NCBI GenBank assembly: GCA_039698055.1
Contig: JBDKTL010000017.1
Coordinates: forward strand, 22,521 to 86,520
Reading direction: 5' to 3'
DNA length: 64,000 bases
From: Methanoregula sp.
GTDB lineage: Archaea > Halobacteriota > Methanomicrobia > Methanomicrobiales > Methanospirillaceae
Of this stretch, positions 61,794 through 64,000 are shown piece by piece. The position numbers and the translations under genes are program-made. The stretch's first letter is position 1. Every line of letters begins with the position of its first letter. The notes beneath the pieces are model-generated. The model saw only the letters and a list, made by a program, of their open reading frames with translations. It did not search any database and was not told the origin of the DNA.

Positions 61794-62176
61794 AACCTTG
61801 TGCAGGAAAATTGCTTCCAGGCCTTTGATCGACAATAGCAACGTGGATAAAACAATAAAAGGAAATTTTTTAACATCCCGGATACCTTTATTTTCTAAAA
61901 AAAATCCCCTCACGAAAATGCTGAACGCCCAAAAGTTTTCTGGTCGAATTGATCCGTACGAGTATTTTTCTTCCGTTCAGGTTTGAAGTCTCCTGCATTT
62001 TCACGTATCTGCCGATAATTCACCCGGTTGATTTAAAGATTCAATCAAAAAAATATCTCTGATTGCAGCTGCCAGACCCGTTGGAATCAGGAGCGCGAAT
62101 CATGGTTTAACTAAAAAAATGATCCGCCTTCATAAAAAGGTGCTCTTAATAATAAATAACGACTATTTCCTGATGA

Positions 62177-63064
62177 ATGGTTGTGATCAGACCGGGGCCG
62201 GTGACCGTGGGAGGTGTCACGCTTGACAATCATCTCCTGCTTGCGGCTGGCATCCTTGGAACTACCGGGGCATCCCTGTCACGGATGCTCCAGCTGGGCG
62301 CTGGCGGGGTTGTCACCAAATCGATCGGTCCGGAACCAAAGGATGGTCATCATGGACCGTGCGTTGCCGTGCTCAGCGATGGCATCCTGAACGCTATGGG
62401 TTTACCCAATCCCTCAAAGGAGTTTCTTGGAGAACTGGAACTGCTTGAGAAAAAACCGGTTATTGTCAGCATATTCGGGGGAACCCCGGCAGAATTTGCA
62501 CGTGTAGCCGGTTGGTTCAAAGGGTATGCATCAGGGTTTGAGCTTAACCTGTCGTGTCCGCATGCGGAAGGATACGGGGCGGCGATCGGAACCGATCCGG
62601 TGCTTGTCGAAGCCTGTACCCGTGCAGTAAGCACGCTTGGCATGCCCACATGGGTGAAACTGACGCCAAACGTTACAGATATCACCGCTATCGGAAAAGC
62701 GGCGGAACGTGGTGGGGCAAGTGCGATCGTCGCGATAAATACCGTAAAAGCAATGCGCATTTCAACTGGTCTCAAACGGCCGGTGCTTGGCAACCGGTAC
62801 GGCGGGCTCTCGGGAAACGCAATATTTCCCATCGCAGTCCGCTGCGTCTACGAGCTCTATGAATCCTGTAAAATCCCGATCATAGGGTGCGGCGGGGTTA
62901 CAACCGCGGATAACGTGATAGAGATGATGATGGCCGGTGCATCCGGTGTGGAGATCGGAAGTGCTGCAGGGAACGATGTCACGATCTTTGAGACCATTAA
63001 AAAAGATCTGTACGCGAAGAAGGGATGTTCACCGGAAGAAATTATCGGGTGTGCCCATGACTGA
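62177..63064 (+). CDS. pyrD: Dihydroorotate dehydrogenase 1B, catalytic subunit
   Basis: VTKS, NAMGL.NP, ELNLSCPH, KLTPN and GGLSG motifs. Confidence 0.95.
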   Translation: MVVIRPGPVTVGGVTLDNHLLLAAGILGTTGASLSRMLQLGAGGVVTKSIGPEPKDGHHGPCVAVLSDGILNAMGLPNPSKEFLGELELLEKKPVIVSIFGGTPAEFARVAGWFKGYASGFELNLSCPHAEGYGAAIGTDPVLVEACTRAVSTLGMPTWVKLTPNVTDITAIGKAAERGGASAIVAINTVKAMRISTGLKRPVLGNRYGGLSGNAIFPIAVRCVYELYESCKIPIIGCGGVTTADNVIEMMMAGASGVEIGSAAGNDVTIFETIKKDLYAKKGCSPEEIIGCAHD

Positions 63065-63821
63065 ACAACTGCCAACTCCCGTTTCCATCGTCCAGATCCG
63101 GACTGAAACCCCGACAACAAAATCATTTTTCTTTGAACCGCCGTTTGCCTTTGTGCCCGGGCAGTTTGTGATGGTCTGGGTTCCGGGTATCGATGAAATA
63201 CCCATGGCTCTCTCTGCAGAAAACAGCATCACGGTCCAGAAGGTGGGCGATGCGACAGCTGCCCTCTTTGATATGAAAATCGGTGACCGGATTGGGATAC
63301 GGGGGCCATTTGGAAATGGTTTTACCAAAGGAGAAAAAATGCTTGCAATCGCCGGTGGCGTCGGGGCAGCACCCATTCTTCCTCTTGCACGGGCTGATTG
63401 TGTGATGACACTTCTTCTGGGGGCCCGGACTGAATCAGAACTGCTCTTTGTCGATCAGCTGGATGAATGCACGGACGTAATAATTGCCACTGACGATGGT
63501 TCGATGGGGCAGAAGGGATTTGTTATTACGCTCATGGATGACCTGAACCTTGGGGTGTATGACCGGATTGCAGTCTGTGGACCTGAACTTATGATGCGGT
63601 CGATCCTTACAAAGGTTGATGAAAAAGGACTAGCCGCGCAGACCGAATTTTCCCTTCACCGGTATATGAAATGCGGTGTGGGCATCTGCGGCTCCTGCTG
63701 CATCGACCCCACCGGATTACGGGTCTGCCGCGATGGCCCGGTTTTTAATGGCGAAGTGGTAAAAAACAGCGAATTTGGAAATTACACACGCGATGCCAGC
63801 GGCCGCCGGAAAAAAGTGTAA
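63057..63821 (+). CDS. pyrK: Dihydroorotate dehydrogenase electron transfer subunit
   Basis: PGQF, RGPFG, GGVG, CGP and MKCGVGICGSC motifs. Confidence 0.95.
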   Translation: MTEQLPTPVSIVQIRTETPTTKSFFFEPPFAFVPGQFVMVWVPGIDEIPMALSAENSITVQKVGDATAALFDMKIGDRIGIRGPFGNGFTKGEKMLAIAGGVGAAPILPLARADCVMTLLLGARTESELLFVDQLDECTDVIIATDDGSMGQKGFVITLMDDLNLGVYDRIAVCGPELMMRSILTKVDEKGLAAQTEFSLHRYMKCGVGICGSCCIDPTGLRVCRDGPVFNGEVVKNSEFGNYTRDASGRRKKV

Positions 63822-63905
63822 GTGAGTCTCCATACTTTTTTTAGTAATTACTGCGGGCTGACAAATGTACTGATATAGGACTTACGCACAAGATCTAGAA
63901 AAAAA

Positions 63906-63998
63906 TTAGAGCGTGTATTTTGGATGAGCCAGATAGTCCGCGATGGCAGCTTTTACAATCTCCCATTTTGCATTGTAGATCGTGACGTTATTGATGCG
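63906..63998 (-). CDS. Partial CDS (C-terminal end; starts outside the window)
   Basis: Open frame ...RINNVTIYNAKWEIVKAAIADYLAHPKYTL* followed by a T-tract on the minus strand. Confidence 0.4.
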   Translation of the reverse strand, partial: RINNVTIYNAKWEIVKAAIADYLAHPKYTL

Positions 63999-64000
63999 GT

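Overview
Archaeal methanogen chromosome segment, most like Methanomicrobiales (Methanoregula-like). All protein calls come from recognising motifs by eye; no database search was run. The core content is: a DUF447/CitG/marker-9 operon divergent from the F430 genes cfbA-E-D-B, ilvE, tRNA-Glu(TTC), serS, PEGA surface proteins, a complete ACDS cluster (cooC x2, cdhABCDE, RACo), signalling genes, CorA, a form III RuBisCO, uvrB, polB, mdh and pyrD/pyrK. The main accessory feature is a ~7.9 kb element integrated in tRNA-Glu (8571-16525). It is bounded by a 12-bp direct repeat, and an 18/19-bp inverted repeat would flank that core only after excision. It encodes an intact tyrosine integrase, divergent HTH genes with operator-like palindromes, membrane/lipoprotein cargo and a Zn-ribbon-MuF fusion, but no recognisable capsid, terminase or replicase. 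It is followed by a relic region containing a second copy of an internal module, a RelBE-type pair with a nonsense-inactivated toxin, and a tandem repeat whose changes preserve a hairpin. Separately, a ~250-280 bp non-coding, multi-hairpin dispersed repeat occurs twice, 55 kb apart (17-270 and 55433-55709); it is a candidate MITE or structured RNA.
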